DNA from: Synechococcus sp.
GTDB taxonomy: Bacteria > Cyanobacteriota > Cyanobacteriia > PCC-6307 > Cyanobiaceae
Reading direction: 5' to 3'
Length of the DNA stretch: 64,000 bases
Assembly: GCA_047285305.1 (NCBI GenBank)
Contig: JBJBDL010000003.1
Location: forward strand, 832,001-896,000
Shown here: positions 46,162 through 57,534 of the stretch, one piece after another
Position numbering within the stretch: the first letter of the stretch is position 1
How the letters are laid out: every line of letters starts with the position of its first letter
Position numbers and translations under genes: made by a program
Notes under the pieces: model-generated
Database searches by the model: none
What the model was told of the DNA's origin: nothing
Seen by the model: the letters and a program-made list of their open reading frames with translations, nothing else

Positions 46162-46905
46162 TCAGTCGAGCTCCAGTCCGTCGGCGAGATCGAGGTTGGC
46201 ACTGACGCTGCGCACATCGTCGAGCCCGTCGAGGGCATCCAGCAGCTTGAGGCAGCTGCGGGCGGTGTCGGGATCGCTCACAGAGACGCTGGTCTGGGCG
46301 GACCAATGATGGCCCCATTCCCGCACGTCCCAGTCAGCCCGTCGCAAGCCGTCCTGAAGGCTCTCCAAGGCCTCAAAAGAGCCGTGCACTATCACTGCAT
46401 CGTCCAACAGCTCATAGCCATCGGCATTCAGCTCCAGGAGGCTTTCCAGTAACCGTTCCTCGTCGTCGGGGCCGGCGTTGAGGATCACTTCGCTGCGGTG
46501 CTCAAACAGGTAGGCCACGCAGCCGTTTTCCCCCAGGTTTCCGCCGTTCTTGCTGAAGGCCAGCCGCAGATCCGCCGCGGTGCGGTTGCGGTTGTCCGTG
46601 AGCGCCTCCACCAGCACCGCCATGCCGCCGGGGCCGTAGCCCTCGTAGCGCACCTCCTCGAGTTGGGCTCCATCACCCGCCTGACCTGACCCCTTGGCGA
46701 TGGCCCGCTCAATGTTGGAGGCGGGCACCCCAGCGGCACGGGCTTTGCTGATGGCCGTCCGCAACTGAAAATTCCCGGCGGGGTCGGCGCCGGCACGGGC
46801 CGCCACCATGATTTCCCGTCCCAGCCGGCTGAACACCGCGCCTCGTTTGGCGTCGACGACGGCCTTGGTGCGTTTGATCTGGGACCATTTGCTGTGGCCA
46901 GCCAT
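46162..46905 (-). CDS. yebC: YebC/PmpR-family protein
   Basis: [27 protein letters not shown]. Confidence 0.95.
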   Translation of the reverse strand: MAGHSKWSQIKRTKAVVDAKRGAVFSRLGREIMVAARAGADPAGNFQLRTAISKARAAGVPASNIERAIAKGSGQAGDGAQLEEVRYEGYGPGGMAVLVEALTDNRNRTAADLRLAFSKNGGNLGENGCVAYLFEHRSEVILNAGPDDEERLLESLLELNADGYELLDDAVIVHGSFEALESLQDGLRRADWDVREWGHHWSAQTSVSVSDPDTARSCLKLLDALDGLDDVRSVSANLDLADGLELD

Positions 46906-46958
46906 CGCGTCAGGGCAGGGCGGGATGCGCTCGGAGAGTACTGAGCGACCGGGTAGAT

Positions 46959-47867
46959 TCAGCCTGCTGCATCGAAGACCACCTTGGGTCGCAACAGACC
47001 TTCGTTCTCGCGGTGACCAATACCGGCCATGCTTCCATCCGGGTTGCACACCACCACCGCCTCTCCAGCCCCTGGATCCATCGCGATGCGTCGGCCGCAG
47101 CGCCAGTCGATCTGCTCGGCTTCGCTGAGATCGCGCCGGGGCAGGGCCCCCATGGCCAGCAGAGGAGAGAGTGGATCGGGCGGCACAGCGTCTAGCTCTG
47201 GCAGGGGATGGGCCTGATGCGCATGGAACCCCAGGGCTTGGGTGCGGCGCAGGGAGGCCAGGCACCCTCCGCAGCCGATGCGGTCTCCCAGATCCCTGGC
47301 GATCGAGCGGATGTAGGTGCCGGCGGAACAGTGCACCTCGATGCTCAGCTGCCCCAGGGCCGCATCCCAATCCAACAGCTCCAGGCGGTGCACGGTGACG
47401 GCCCGCGGCGGCAGATCCATGGCTTCACCGCGCCGAGCCCTGGAATGGGCCCGTTCGCCATCCACATGGACGGCGGAGACCTGCGGCGGACGCTGTTCAA
47501 TCGGGCCCCGAAACGCCTCCAGGCTGCTGTTGAGTTCGGCCTGACTGAGGCCAGGCCAGGCCTGCTGCTCCAGCAGCTCTCCTCCCAGATCGTCGCTGCT
47601 GGTGCGCCGGCCCAGCTGAATCACACCGGTGTAGGTCTTCTCCCCGGGGAGGTAGGGCAGCAATCGGGTCGCCGGCCCTAGGGCAATGGGGAGAACACCG
47701 GTGACGGCAGGATCAAGGGTGCCGCCATGGCCCACGCGCTTGAGGCCGTAGCTGCGGCGCAGGCGGCTGACGCAGGCATGGGAGGTGAGGCCTGCGGGCT
47801 TGTCTATTACTACGAAGCCGAAGGGGCCGTTCACCGGGGCTGGAGCAGGGTGCTCTGACTGTTGCAT
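46959..47867 (-). CDS. truB: tRNA pseudouridine(55) synthase
   Basis: [33 protein letters not shown]. Confidence 0.96.
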   Translation of the reverse strand: MQQSEHPAPAPVNGPFGFVVIDKPAGLTSHACVSRLRRSYGLKRVGHGGTLDPAVTGVLPIALGPATRLLPYLPGEKTYTGVIQLGRRTSSDDLGGELLEQQAWPGLSQAELNSSLEAFRGPIEQRPPQVSAVHVDGERAHSRARRGEAMDLPPRAVTVHRLELLDWDAALGQLSIEVHCSAGTYIRSIARDLGDRIGCGGCLASLRRTQALGFHAHQAHPLPELDAVPPDPLSPLLAMGALPRRDLSEAEQIDWRCGRRIAMDPGAGEAVVVCNPDGSMAGIGHRENEGLLRPKVVFDAAG

Positions 47868-47908
47868 TCCGCCGGATGCGTAGGTTAGCCGCTGCCTGAT
47901 GCCCATGC

Positions 47909-48661
47909 ATGCCCCAGCTCCGCAGCAGCACGGACGTGGACGTCTCCGCTTTCCTGGCGGACGGTTTGGGCATCAAGCAACACCTCAGTCGCTACCTCGA
48001 CCTGACGCTGGATCAGCTTGAGCAGCGTCTGCCCAGCAGCACCGACGACCTGGCGGATCTCCATCCCGGTGCGTTCCGGCCGGAGGACGCCACCGCCTTC
48101 TATGAGGACACGGTGGGCACGGGACACCTGCTGGAGCTGGCGGCCTGGCACCTCTCCAGTGCTGATTACATTGCCGACACTCTGCGGCTGCAGGGCATGG
48201 CGGTGCAGGGCCAGGTGCTGGATTTCGGCGGTGGCATCGGCACCCACGCGCTTTCGGCGGCGGCGCTGCCGGAGGTCGATCACGTCTGGTTTGTCGACCT
48301 CAATCCCCACAACCAGGCTTTTGTTCAGCAACGTGCGCAAAGCCTGGGGCTGGCGAACAAGCTCTCGGTGCATCGAGATCTAAGCAGCACGGGCGATGTT
48401 CGTTTCGATTCGGTGGTCTGCCTCGATGTGCTGGAACACCTGCCGGATCCCTCGGCGCAGTTGCTGGAGTTTCACCAGCGGATGGCCCCCGGGGCCATCG
48501 CTCTTCTGAACTGGTACTTCTTTAAAGGGCATCAGGGCGAGTATCCCTTCCATTTCGATGATCCGGCCCTGGTGGATGGGTTTTTCTGCACTTTGCAGGC
48601 TCAGTTCCTTGAGGTGTTTCACCCCCTGTTGATCACGGCCCGGCTGTATCGGCGTTCCTGA
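47909..48661 (+). CDS. class I SAM-dependent methyltransferase
   Basis: [30 protein letters not shown]. Confidence 0.85.
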   Translation: MPQLRSSTDVDVSAFLADGLGIKQHLSRYLDLTLDQLEQRLPSSTDDLADLHPGAFRPEDATAFYEDTVGTGHLLELAAWHLSSADYIADTLRLQGMAVQGQVLDFGGGIGTHALSAAALPEVDHVWFVDLNPHNQAFVQQRAQSLGLANKLSVHRDLSSTGDVRFDSVVCLDVLEHLPDPSAQLLEFHQRMAPGAIALLNWYFFKGHQGEYPFHFDDPALVDGFFCTLQAQFLEVFHPLLITARLYRRS

Positions 48662-48682
48662 GGCTGCGACAACACAAGCTCC

Positions 48683-48719
48683 AAAAAAAAAAGCCCCTGT
48701 GCCAGCTGGCATCGGGGCT
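48683..48719 (-). terminator. intrinsic terminator of rplU-rpmA
   Basis: A10 run then GCCCC-TGTGCCAG/CTGGCATC-GGGGC on the plus strand. Confidence 0.8.
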
Positions 48720-48743
48720 CTGGATTGATGTTTGCCTTGAACC

Positions 48744-49010
48744 TCAGACCGCTGATGTGATGTTGATGCGCTTGCGGTTGCGCAGGCCGCGGCGGATCGA
48801 TTCGAACTTCACGATGCCGTCCGTGAGGGCAAACAGGGTGTCGTCTTTGCCTTTGCCGACATTGACGCCGGGCAGAACGGAGGTGCCACGCTGGCGGATC
48901 AAGATGGAACCAGCGGTGACGGTTTCGCCGCCGTAGGCCTTCACACCGAGGCGTTTGGCGTTCGAGTCGCGGCCGTTACGGGTTGAGCCTGTGCCTTTTT
49001 TATGTGCCAT
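48744..49010 (-). CDS. rpmA: 50S ribosomal protein L27
   Basis: [24 protein letters not shown]. Confidence 0.99.
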   Translation of the reverse strand: MAHKKGTGSTRNGRDSNAKRLGVKAYGGETVTAGSILIRQRGTSVLPGVNVGKGKDDTLFALTDGIVKFESIRRGLRNRKRINITSAV

Positions 49011-49055
49011 GAGAAGAGATGCTGATGGGGCGGTTGATGGAGCGAGGGGGAGAGG

Positions 49056-49421
49056 TCAGCTGATGGCCTTGCCGCCCACGGAGATGGACTCAACCATCAC
49101 CCGGGTGAGTTCCTGCCGGTGACCATTCTTGCGGCGGGTTTTCTTTTTGGGGCGCATCTTGTAAACGATCACCTTGGGCCCGCGGCGATGGGCCATCACC
49201 TTCAGGGACACGATCGCGTCCTTGACGTAGGGCTGGCCGAGGCTGGTTCCCTTGCCATCCTTCACCAAAAGAACGTTCTCAAGCTTGATGGTGTCATCCA
49301 CCTCGGCTTGAAGCCGATCGATGTCGTAATAGCGGTTGGGCTGCAGCCAGATCTGGGTGCCCGACGCCTCAACGATGGCGTAGGTCCCGCTCTGTTCCGC
49401 GGCTGGTTTGGTGTCGGACAT
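49056..49421 (-). CDS. rplU: 50S ribosomal protein L21
   Basis: YAIVEASG...KMRPKKKTRRKNGHRQ. Confidence 0.97.
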   Translation of the reverse strand: MSDTKPAAEQSGTYAIVEASGTQIWLQPNRYYDIDRLQAEVDDTIKLENVLLVKDGKGTSLGQPYVKDAIVSLKVMAHRRGPKVIVYKMRPKKKTRRKNGHRQELTRVMVESISVGGKAIS

Positions 49422-49553
49422 AAGGTGAGAAGACGCGTTCAGGCTCGGCGAACCGATTCAGGCCTGAGCCGCAATCGAAAAACAAACAAAGATCTTCGTC
49501 TCTGACGCGCCCCATCGTCAAGATTCAGATATCTCGACGCTGCGGATGACCGG

Positions 49554-50438
49554 ATGGCCAGGCCGGCCCTCACTGTTGCTCTCGTGCTTGCCAGCCCAGA
49601 CTTGGTGGAAGCCTGCCGCCCCTGGCTGCCGGCCAACCGTTACGAGTCTGTTGTTCTGACGGTTGGTCCTGGGGAGACCCTGGCAGCTGTTCTCGGACCT
49701 CGGCAGGACGACTTTGACGCTGTGGTGCTCGAGCAGAGCCTGCTCGATACCGCGGCCAAGGAGCAACTGCTGGCATCGGGTCTGCTTTTCCCCGCCGTGA
49801 TCGTTGGGGAGGTGAAGGGGCAGGTGGACTACCACCCCGAGGAGTTGCATCTGCCCGACGACCAGCTGGCCCAGCTGGGATACAACGTTGACGCGGCCAT
49901 TTCGCGTTTTCTGCGCCAGGGTCGTGCCGATGGACGCCAGGACGACAGCAGCTCCTCCTCCCGCGCCGTCAGCAACCTCTCCGATCGCCTGCAGGAGCGA
50001 CTCGGCTACCTAGGGGTCTTCTACAAACGGGATCCATCCCGCTTCCTGGGCAGCTTGCCCCCTGAGGAGCGCCGCGATCTGCTGCTGTCGCTCCAACGCA
50101 CCTATCGGGACCTGCTGGCGAGTTATTTCAGCGATCCGGCCGCTGCTAATCAGGCCTTGGAAAGCTTTGTCAACACAGCTTTTTTCAGTGATCTGCCGAT
50201 CACCCGCACCGTTGAGATCCACGTGGATCTGATCGATGAATTCTGGAAACAACTCAGTTTGGAGGGCCACAAACATGACTTTCTTCAGGATTACCGCCTT
50301 GCGCTTCTGGATGTGATGGCGCATCTGTGTGAGATGTACCGGCGCTCTATTCCGCCGGACCTTCCTCTGTCGGGCACGGCTTCCAGCCGTGTACGTCGCC
50401 CGACGAATCAGCTCGATGCCTCGGAGGAGTCGTCATGA
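49554..50438 (+). CDS. kaiA: circadian clock protein KaiA
   Basis: [40 protein letters not shown]. Confidence 0.96.
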   Translation: MARPALTVALVLASPDLVEACRPWLPANRYESVVLTVGPGETLAAVLGPRQDDFDAVVLEQSLLDTAAKEQLLASGLLFPAVIVGEVKGQVDYHPEELHLPDDQLAQLGYNVDAAISRFLRQGRADGRQDDSSSSSRAVSNLSDRLQERLGYLGVFYKRDPSRFLGSLPPEERRDLLLSLQRTYRDLLASYFSDPAAANQALESFVNTAFFSDLPITRTVEIHVDLIDEFWKQLSLEGHKHDFLQDYRLALLDVMAHLCEMYRRSIPPDLPLSGTASSRVRRPTNQLDASEESS

Positions 50439-50800
50439 GTCCCCGCAAGACCTACATCCTCAAGCTCTACGTGGCGGGCAACACGCCCAATTCGATGCGG
50501 GCGCTGAAAACGCTGCGCAACATTCTCGAGACCGAATTCCGGGGTGTGTATGCCCTCAAGGTGATTGATGTGCTCAAAAATCCCCAACTAGCGGAGGAAG
50601 ACAAGATCCTGGCAACGCCGACGTTGTCCAAGATTCTTCCCCCGCCGGTGCGGCGCATCATTGGTGACCTCTCCGATCGGGAGCGTGTTCTGATCGGTCT
50701 GGATCTGCTTTACGACGAGCTGTCTGATACGTCGCTCAATTCGAGCTTGATCGATGCGGGCGATGAGGAGACCGACATGACGATTTCCTCAGATCCTTAA
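50435..50800 (+). CDS. kaiB: circadian clock protein KaiB
   Basis: [14 protein letters not shown]...[22 protein letters not shown]. Confidence 0.98.
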   Translation: MSPRKTYILKLYVAGNTPNSMRALKTLRNILETEFRGVYALKVIDVLKNPQLAEEDKILATPTLSKILPPPVRRIIGDLSDRERVLIGLDLLYDELSDTSLNSSLIDAGDEETDMTISSDP

Positions 50801-50865
50801 GCGACATGGTGTGCTCCAGCACGGTTCATCTCCTGCTCACTACGGTCAAGTCATAGGTGGTTGCC

Positions 50866-52404
50866 ATGCAGTTCCCCCCGACCAGCGGTCAGCCTCAGAT
50901 GCAGGTTCAAAAGCTCCCGACAGGGATCGAGGGCTTTGATGATGTTTGCCAGGGCGGCCTGCCGATCGGCCGCAGCACGCTGATCAGCGGCACGTCCGGC
51001 ACCGGCAAGACGGTGTTTTCGCTGCATTTCCTTCACAACGGCATCAAGCAGTTCGACGAACCAGGCATCTTCGTCACCTTTGAGGAATCGCCCCTCGACA
51101 TCCTCCGCAACGCCGCCAGTTTCGGTTGGAACCTGCAGGAGATGGTTGAGCAGGACAAGCTCTTCATCCTCGACGCCTCACCGGATCCGGACGGCCAGGA
51201 CGTGGCTGGCAGTTTTGATCTCTCCGGTTTGATCGAGCGAATCAACTACGCCATCCGCAAATACAAGGCCAAGCGCGTCGCCATCGACTCGATCACGGCG
51301 GTTTTCCAGCAGTACGACGCTGTGTTCGTGGTGCGCCGTGAGATCTTTCGGTTGATCGCGAGGCTCAAGGAAATCGGCGTCACCACGGTGATGACCACCG
51401 AACGAATCGACGAGTACGGCCCGATCGCCCGCTACGGCGTTGAGGAATTCGTCTCCGACAACGTGGTGATTCTGCGCAACGTGCTCGAAGGAGAGCGGCG
51501 TCGGCGCACCCTTGAGATTCTCAAGCTGCGGGGCACCACCCATATGAAGGGCGAGTTCCCCTTCACCATGGGAACTCACGGCATCAGCATCTTCCCGCTC
51601 GGGGCCATGCGCCTCACCCAGCGGTCCTCCAATGTCCGGGTCAGTTCTGGCGTGCCGCGCCTGGATGACATGTGCGGCGGTGGTTTCTTCAAGGACTCGA
51701 TCATCCTGGCCACCGGAGCCACCGGAACGGGCAAGACGATGCTCGTCTCCAAATTCATCGAAGACGCCTGCCGAAACAAGGAACGCGCGATCCTGTTTGC
51801 CTATGAGGAATCGCGTGCCCAGCTGCTGCGCAACGGCACCAGCTGGGGCATCGACTTCGAGCAGATGGAGCAGGACGGGCTGCTCAAGATCATTTGTGCC
51901 TATCCCGAATCAACGGGCCTTGAGGATCACCTGCAGATCATCAAGACGGAGATCAGCCAGTTCAAACCGTCGCGTATGGCGATCGATTCCCTCTCCGCCC
52001 TGGCGCGCGGTGTGAGCCACAATGCCTTCCGTCAGTTTGTGATCGGGGTGACCGGCTACGCCAAGCAGGAGGAGATCGCCGGCTTCTTCACGAACACCTC
52101 TGAGGAGTTCATGGGCAGCCATTCGATCACCGACTCCCACATCTCCACGATCACCGACACGATCCTGCTGCTGCAGTACGTGGAGATCCGCGGGGAGATG
52201 GCTCGCGCCCTGAACGTCTTCAAGATGCGCGGTTCATGGCACGACAAAGGCATCCGCGAATTTGTGATCACGGGCAATGGCCCTCAGATCAAGGATTCCT
52301 TCTCAAACTTTGAGCGGATCATTTCCGGTGTGCCCCATCGGGTCACTACCGATGAGCGCAGCGAGTTGTCGCGCATCGCCCGCGGTGTCTCCACCGAGGA
52401 CTGA
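50866..52404 (+). CDS. kaiC: circadian clock kinase KaiC
   Basis: Two P-loops, GTSGTGKT and GATGTGKT; phosphosite context SHISTITD. Confidence 0.99.
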   Translation: MQFPPTSGQPQMQVQKLPTGIEGFDDVCQGGLPIGRSTLISGTSGTGKTVFSLHFLHNGIKQFDEPGIFVTFEESPLDILRNAASFGWNLQEMVEQDKLFILDASPDPDGQDVAGSFDLSGLIERINYAIRKYKAKRVAIDSITAVFQQYDAVFVVRREIFRLIARLKEIGVTTVMTTERIDEYGPIARYGVEEFVSDNVVILRNVLEGERRRRTLEILKLRGTTHMKGEFPFTMGTHGISIFPLGAMRLTQRSSNVRVSSGVPRLDDMCGGGFFKDSIILATGATGTGKTMLVSKFIEDACRNKERAILFAYEESRAQLLRNGTSWGIDFEQMEQDGLLKIICAYPESTGLEDHLQIIKTEISQFKPSRMAIDSLSALARGVSHNAFRQFVIGVTGYAKQEEIAGFFTNTSEEFMGSHSITDSHISTITDTILLLQYVEIRGEMARALNVFKMRGSWHDKGIREFVITGNGPQIKDSFSNFERIISGVPHRVTTDERSELSRIARGVSTED

Positions 52405-52405
52405 T

Positions 52406-54472
52406 TTAAGGCTCGACGGCCTCGGCGATGGCGTTGCGGCTTCGCCGTTCCGCCTGCAGTTGCAGCTCATCCTTGTCAGCCTCCGCCAAGGGCAGGTCAA
52501 ACCAGAAGGTGGTGCCCACCTCGGGCTCACTCACCATCTGCACTTGGGCGCCGTGTTTCTCGAGAATCCCGCGCACGATCGAAAGACCCAGTCCGGTGCC
52601 CACTTCCGTGTGAACGGCGTTCTCGACCCGGAAGAAGCGATCGAAGATGCGCTCCTGATCAGCGCTGCTGATGCCGCAGCCCGTGTCGGCAATCTCCACC
52701 CTCAGCTTGGGCAGCGGTGAGGTGAGGGCGCAGGTGGGGCCGTCACTGGTGGTGATCGTCGTTCCCTCCACCGAACAGGCGTCGGGCCAGGGATAGGCCC
52801 GCAGTGCCAGGGGTCCGCCGGGGCGGCTGAACTTCAGAGCATTGCCCACCAGGTTGTCGAGCACCTGGAGCAGCAGGTCCCAGTTGCCCAGCACTTCGGG
52901 CAGTTCTTCGGGAACATCCAGCACCAGTTCCACCTGACGATCCTCGGCATTCAGCCGGTAGGTGCGCAGGGTCTGCTCCATGGCCGGGCGCATGCTGATC
53001 GGTTCGAACTGCAGCGTCCGGCCCGACTCCAGCCGGGAGAGATCCAGCACATCGTTCACCAGCCGGGTGAGTCGATCGGTTTCGTCGTTGGCGACCCCGA
53101 GAAACTCCTTCTGTTCATCTGGGCTGAGCTGATCGCCGAGGTCGTGCAGGGTTTCGACGTAGCTCTTGATGTTGAACAGCGGCGTGCGCAGTTCATGGGA
53201 GACGTTGCTGATGAAGCGGCTCTGCGCGGCATTCAGCTCCACCTCGCGGGTGAGGTCCTGAATGGTGACGGCGATGCCCTTGAGGGTTTCACCGCTGGCA
53301 TCACGCACAGCTTGCAGAACTATGCGCAGGGTGCGGGCCGGTTCCCCCACGCTGCAGCGCAGGTCTTCACTATCTGCAGCGCCACCAAGCAGGGAATCGA
53401 GGGGACTGTGCAGTTCGATGGCCAGCAGTTCCGGTAGTTCCCCCACCAGCTCCTGGCCTTCCAGGCTGCGCCCTTCCCAGCGGAAAAGACGCCTCGCCGT
53501 GGGATTGGCCAGCACGATGCGGCCATCGGCATCCAGCAGCATGGCGCCGTCGGCCATGGTGGCGATTAACGACTGCTGCTTCACCTGGGCGGCGGTGAGC
53601 TCCTCGATATTGGCCTCGTCGTAGGCCTCGAGCTGGGAGGCCATGGCGTTGAAGCCGGTGAGCAGTTCCCCCAATTCCCCCCCAACTGGCAGGTCAACCC
53701 GGGCACCGAAGTTGCCGGAGGCGACGGAGCGCACCCCCCGCAGCAGTTCCTTCACCGGTCGGGTGATGGTGAGGGCGTTGAACACCGCGCCCAGGATCAC
53801 CAGCACCCAGATCGAGATGAACACGGCCACGGTCACCTCCCGGGTGAGAGCTGCGCTGGCCAGGGCGGTCTCATTCGGGTTCACCCCGAGGCCGAGAACG
53901 CCGTAGTACTGACCCCTCCGGATCAGGGGGACGAACACATCGGTGACGGCACCCTGGGGCGTGAGGTGTTGCCGCACCAGGGGGTTCTGGGGGCGTCGAC
54001 GCAGCTCATCGGGCAGCTCCAGTCGTCGGTTGAGACGAAGCTCCCCATCGCCACTGCTAGGGGTGGCGCTGATCGGGATTCCCAGATAGACGACGCCTTC
54101 GGGGTCGGCGAAGAAGATGTAGCGGACGCTGCGGCTGGAACGCCAGAACTTTTCGGCGACGTTGGCCAGCTCGCGGTCTTGGCCCTGCGCCACCAGTTCA
54201 GTAACGTTGCCGGCCAGAAGCAAGCCCAGATCCCGCGCGTAGCGCGTGTCGTTCATCACGGCATCGCGCTGAATTCCGTTCAGCGCGAAGAAGGTGATGC
54301 CAGTCATCATTAGGCTCACCACCAGGGTGGCAATCGCCAGCAGCTTGGTCTGGAGGGTGAATTCCGCCCACCAGGCGGTGATGCGGTCCCAGAGGTTCTG
54401 GTCTTCCCCGGGCGGTTTGCCATTGGGGGGAAGCGCCCACTCAGCGATTGCTGCTCCGCTGCCGCTGCTCAT
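52406..54472 (-). CDS. nblS: sensor histidine kinase NblS/Hik33 (HAMP-PAS-HisKA-HATPase)
   Basis: WWAEFTLQTKLL, DTRYARDLGLLL, NVSHELRTPLFNIKS, GTGLGLSIV. Confidence 0.93.
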   Translation of the reverse strand: MSSGSGAAIAEWALPPNGKPPGEDQNLWDRITAWWAEFTLQTKLLAIATLVVSLMMTGITFFALNGIQRDAVMNDTRYARDLGLLLAGNVTELVAQGQDRELANVAEKFWRSSRSVRYIFFADPEGVVYLGIPISATPSSGDGELRLNRRLELPDELRRRPQNPLVRQHLTPQGAVTDVFVPLIRRGQYYGVLGLGVNPNETALASAALTREVTVAVFISIWVLVILGAVFNALTITRPVKELLRGVRSVASGNFGARVDLPVGGELGELLTGFNAMASQLEAYDEANIEELTAAQVKQQSLIATMADGAMLLDADGRIVLANPTARRLFRWEGRSLEGQELVGELPELLAIELHSPLDSLLGGAADSEDLRCSVGEPARTLRIVLQAVRDASGETLKGIAVTIQDLTREVELNAAQSRFISNVSHELRTPLFNIKSYVETLHDLGDQLSPDEQKEFLGVANDETDRLTRLVNDVLDLSRLESGRTLQFEPISMRPAMEQTLRTYRLNAEDRQVELVLDVPEELPEVLGNWDLLLQVLDNLVGNALKFSRPGGPLALRAYPWPDACSVEGTTITTSDGPTCALTSPLPKLRVEIADTGCGISSADQERIFDRFFRVENAVHTEVGTGLGLSIVRGILEKHGAQVQMVSEPEVGTTFWFDLPLAEADKDELQLQAERRSRNAIAEAVEP

Positions 54473-55776
54473 CCGCCCGAGCGCACCTGATGGCCTATGT
54501 CTCGACGGTAGGTGATTCCGGCGTAATCCAGCTGATTGAGGCCGTTGTAGGCCCCGGCAAAGGCGGCATCGAAGTCATCGCCCTGGGCGACGACGGCCAG
54601 CACCCGGCCCCCCGCGGTGAGCAGTTCGCCGGAGCTGTCGCGGCGGGTGCCCGCATGAAACAGCTGATGGTTGGGGCTGGAGGCGAGGTCGATGCGAATC
54701 GCATCGCCTTTGCGGGGAGCCTCCGGGTAGCCCTCGGCGGCCGCCACAACGCAGGCACTGCAGCGTTCGGCGATGCTCAGTTGTGGGGCCAGATCCAGGC
54801 GTCCCAGGGCACAGGCCTGCAGCACGGCGCCGAGCTCAGGGCCGAGCAGGGGCATCAAGGTCTGGCATTCGGGATCTCCGAAGCGACAGTTGAACTCGAT
54901 CACCTGGGGCCCATCGGCCGTGATCATCAGGCCGGCGTAGATCACACCGCGGTAATCGATGCCCCGTTGGCGCAGGGCCTTCAAGGTGGGCTCGAGCACG
55001 ATGCGGCGCACCTCCTCCAGGCCCTCGGCATTCAGAAGCGGGGCGGGGGCATAGGCGCCCATGCCGCCGGTGTTGGGGCCGCGATCACCGTCCTTGAGCC
55101 GTTTGTGGTCCTGCGCCGGTGGCAATAGCACCATCCGCTCCCCATCGCAGAGGGCGAACACCGACACTTCAGGGCCCTCCATCCGCTCCTCCAGCACCAG
55201 CTGGGAGCCGGCAGCACCGAAACGCCCTTCAAACGCTTCGCGGATGGCGGTTTCTGATCCCTCCAAGCTCTCCGCCACCGTGACCCCCTTGCCGGCGGCC
55301 AAGCCATCGGCTTTGACCACCAGAGGCCGTCGCACCTCCCTCAACACCGCCAGGGCCTCGGCTTCACTGGTCACCGCCCAGTGGCCAGCGGTGGGGACCC
55401 CCGCCTCCTGCATCAGCTGCTTGGCCCAGGCTTTGCTCGCTTCCAGTTGGGCACCCTCCGCCCCCGGGCCGAACACGGCAAAACCCGCATCGCGCAGGGC
55501 ATCGGCGACGCCAGCGGCCAGCGGCGCTTCCGGACCCACCACCACCAGGTCGACGGCGTTCTGCTGGCACAGCGCGATCAACCCAGCGCTATCGGTTTCG
55601 CCAACCGCCAGGGCGCTGCCTTCCGTGCCGCCGTTGCCAGGGGTGATCCAAACCATGTCCAGGCCAGGACAACGGCCCAGGGCCCAGGCCAGGGCCTGTT
55701 CTCTGCCGCCGCCGCCGACGACGAGGGCACGTTGGAGGGCGGGCAGCTTGGTGGGACAGGTGGACGACATGGCCAT
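54469..55776 (-). CDS. purD: phosphoribosylamine--glycine ligase
   Basis: GGGGREQAL, VVKADGLAAGKGV, QDHKR, GPNTGGMGAY, EFNCRFGDPE. Start 55776 or 55770. Confidence 0.96.
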   Translation of the reverse strand: MAMSSTCPTKLPALQRALVVGGGGREQALAWALGRCPGLDMVWITPGNGGTEGSALAVGETDSAGLIALCQQNAVDLVVVGPEAPLAAGVADALRDAGFAVFGPGAEGAQLEASKAWAKQLMQEAGVPTAGHWAVTSEAEALAVLREVRRPLVVKADGLAAGKGVTVAESLEGSETAIREAFEGRFGAAGSQLVLEERMEGPEVSVFALCDGERMVLLPPAQDHKRLKDGDRGPNTGGMGAYAPAPLLNAEGLEEVRRIVLEPTLKALRQRGIDYRGVIYAGLMITADGPQVIEFNCRFGDPECQTLMPLLGPELGAVLQACALGRLDLAPQLSIAERCSACVVAAAEGYPEAPRKGDAIRIDLASSPNHQLFHAGTRRDSSGELLTAGGRVLAVVAQGDDFDAAFAGAYNGLNQLDYAGITYRRDIGHQVRSGG

Positions 55777-55834
55777 GGTTGCGGGAGGAAAGGTTTGGGC
55801 CTCGTAGGTTTTCCTTTGTAGACCGCAGCCCGCC

Positions 55835-56743
55835 ATGGGGACTCTCCTTTTCCCCTTCGCCCTCACCTTTCTGGCTGCTGTCACGGCAGCCCCGGATCCG
55901 CAGGTGATGCGCGAGGAACGCTTTCAGAGCGTTCTCGCTGAGATGGATCTGGCCGCGGCGGAGAAGGCCTGTCTCAACCCCCGTATCGCCAACTCCGATG
56001 GCCGTCGCCAGGCCTTGCGTGACCGGCTGCTGGAGTTGCATCCGGTGATCGATTCGTTGGAGCTGGTGCTGGCCAACGCAAATGCCCTGATGAGCTGCGG
56101 TGCCCCCGAAGCTGCGGCCGTGGTGCTCAACCGCTACAGCCCCCGCGTTGGCGATGAACGGCGTCAGTGGTTGTTGCTGCGCTGGCGTGCAGCTGCAGCG
56201 GCCCTGGATCATCGCCAGGCGGCTTTGGCGCTACGCCGTTTGGTGGATGGCAATTTGAAGGCTTTGGATGTGCCTCTGTTCCCTGATCAGCCGTTGCCGG
56301 ATCAGGGGAATGGGCTTGATCAGTTGGCTTTGCATGAAGCGGCACTGGGCCGCACCGCTGTGGCTGCGCAGCTACAACTGCTGGCCGATCTGGCGGGCGT
56401 TCAGGGGGCGAAACGACTGGCGCGGGCGGCGCAATGGCTCGATGCCGATCAGTTCGAGCAGGCCGATCAACTGTTGGAAACCGCCTTGGATCAAGCGGCG
56501 GCAGCGGAGGCCTGGGGACTGGCCATGGACCTGCTGCAACAACAGCTCCAATTGCAGTTGGCGGCTGGGGGCTATGGCGAGGGGCCGCGGCAGCGGATCC
56601 AACGGTTGGCCACTGTCCTAAATGATCGTTATGCGCTCCAGCAACTGCAGCCGGAGGCCGAACCCGATCCCTTGCTGCGTTCACCGAGGGATCCCGGAGG
56701 CCATGCTGATGTAAGACCATCAGCCGTTGCACCGTCGCCATGA
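55835..56743 (+). CDS. hypothetical exported helical-repeat protein
   Basis: Signal-peptide-like N-terminus; ATGA overlap with purC. Confidence 0.7.
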   Translation: MGTLLFPFALTFLAAVTAAPDPQVMREERFQSVLAEMDLAAAEKACLNPRIANSDGRRQALRDRLLELHPVIDSLELVLANANALMSCGAPEAAAVVLNRYSPRVGDERRQWLLLRWRAAAAALDHRQAALALRRLVDGNLKALDVPLFPDQPLPDQGNGLDQLALHEAALGRTAVAAQLQLLADLAGVQGAKRLARAAQWLDADQFEQADQLLETALDQAAAAEAWGLAMDLLQQQLQLQLAAGGYGEGPRQRIQRLATVLNDRYALQQLQPEAEPDPLLRSPRDPGGHADVRPSAVAPSP

Positions 56744-57492
56744 CGCCCGATCACGGAGAGCTGCTTTACGAAGGCAAGGCCAAACGGGTGTTCGCCAGCA
56801 CGGATCCCGACCGGGTGCTGGTGGAGTTCAAGAATGACGCCACCGCCTTTAATGCCCAGAAGAAAGCCCAGCTGCACGACAAAGGTCGGCTGAATTGCCA
56901 GATCGCAGCACGGTTGTTCGAGCTGCTGGAGCGTGAGAGGGTGCCGACCCATTACTGCTGTCTGGCCGGGGAGACCTGGATGTTGGTGCGACGGGTGGAG
57001 ATCATTCCTCTCGAGGTGGTGCTGCGCAACACCGCCACCGGATCGCTGTGTCGTCAGACGCCGATCGCGGAGGGCACAGCCATAGAACCCGCCCTGCTGG
57101 ATCTCTACTACAAGGACGATTCGTTGGGCGATCCCTTGCTCACTGAGGCGCGCGTGCAGCTGCTCGGTGTGGCAGACCCAGCGCGACTGTCAGCGATTGA
57201 ACAACTGGCCCGCCGGGTGAATGCCGTGCTCCTGCCGTTCTTTGAAGGGCTTGATCTGCAACTGGTGGATTTCAAACTGGAGTTGGGGCTGGCATCGGAT
57301 GGAACACTCCTGCTTGCCGACGAGATCAGTCCTGATACCTGCAGGCTCTGGGACCGCCGCAACAGCAATCCCGAGGACCGGATTTTGGATAAGGACCGCT
57401 TCCGCAAGGATCTCGGTGGGGTCATGGAGGCCTACGGGGAGGTCCTTAAACGGGTCCAAAGCAACTGCCCCAACCCCCGCAACTGCCTGTAG
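56740..57492 (+). CDS. purC: SAICAR synthetase
   Basis: [45 protein letters not shown]. Confidence 0.97.
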   Translation: MTPDHGELLYEGKAKRVFASTDPDRVLVEFKNDATAFNAQKKAQLHDKGRLNCQIAARLFELLERERVPTHYCCLAGETWMLVRRVEIIPLEVVLRNTATGSLCRQTPIAEGTAIEPALLDLYYKDDSLGDPLLTEARVQLLGVADPARLSAIEQLARRVNAVLLPFFEGLDLQLVDFKLELGLASDGTLLLADEISPDTCRLWDRRNSNPEDRILDKDRFRKDLGGVMEAYGEVLKRVQSNCPNPRNCL

Positions 57493-57534
57493 GGTCAGCG
57501 CAACTTTTGTGGCTTCGGCCCAGCCTGCGTCTCG

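Noticed and set aside
49554..52404. kaiABC as a novel system
   Set aside because: Well-characterised canonical clock locus with intact motifs.
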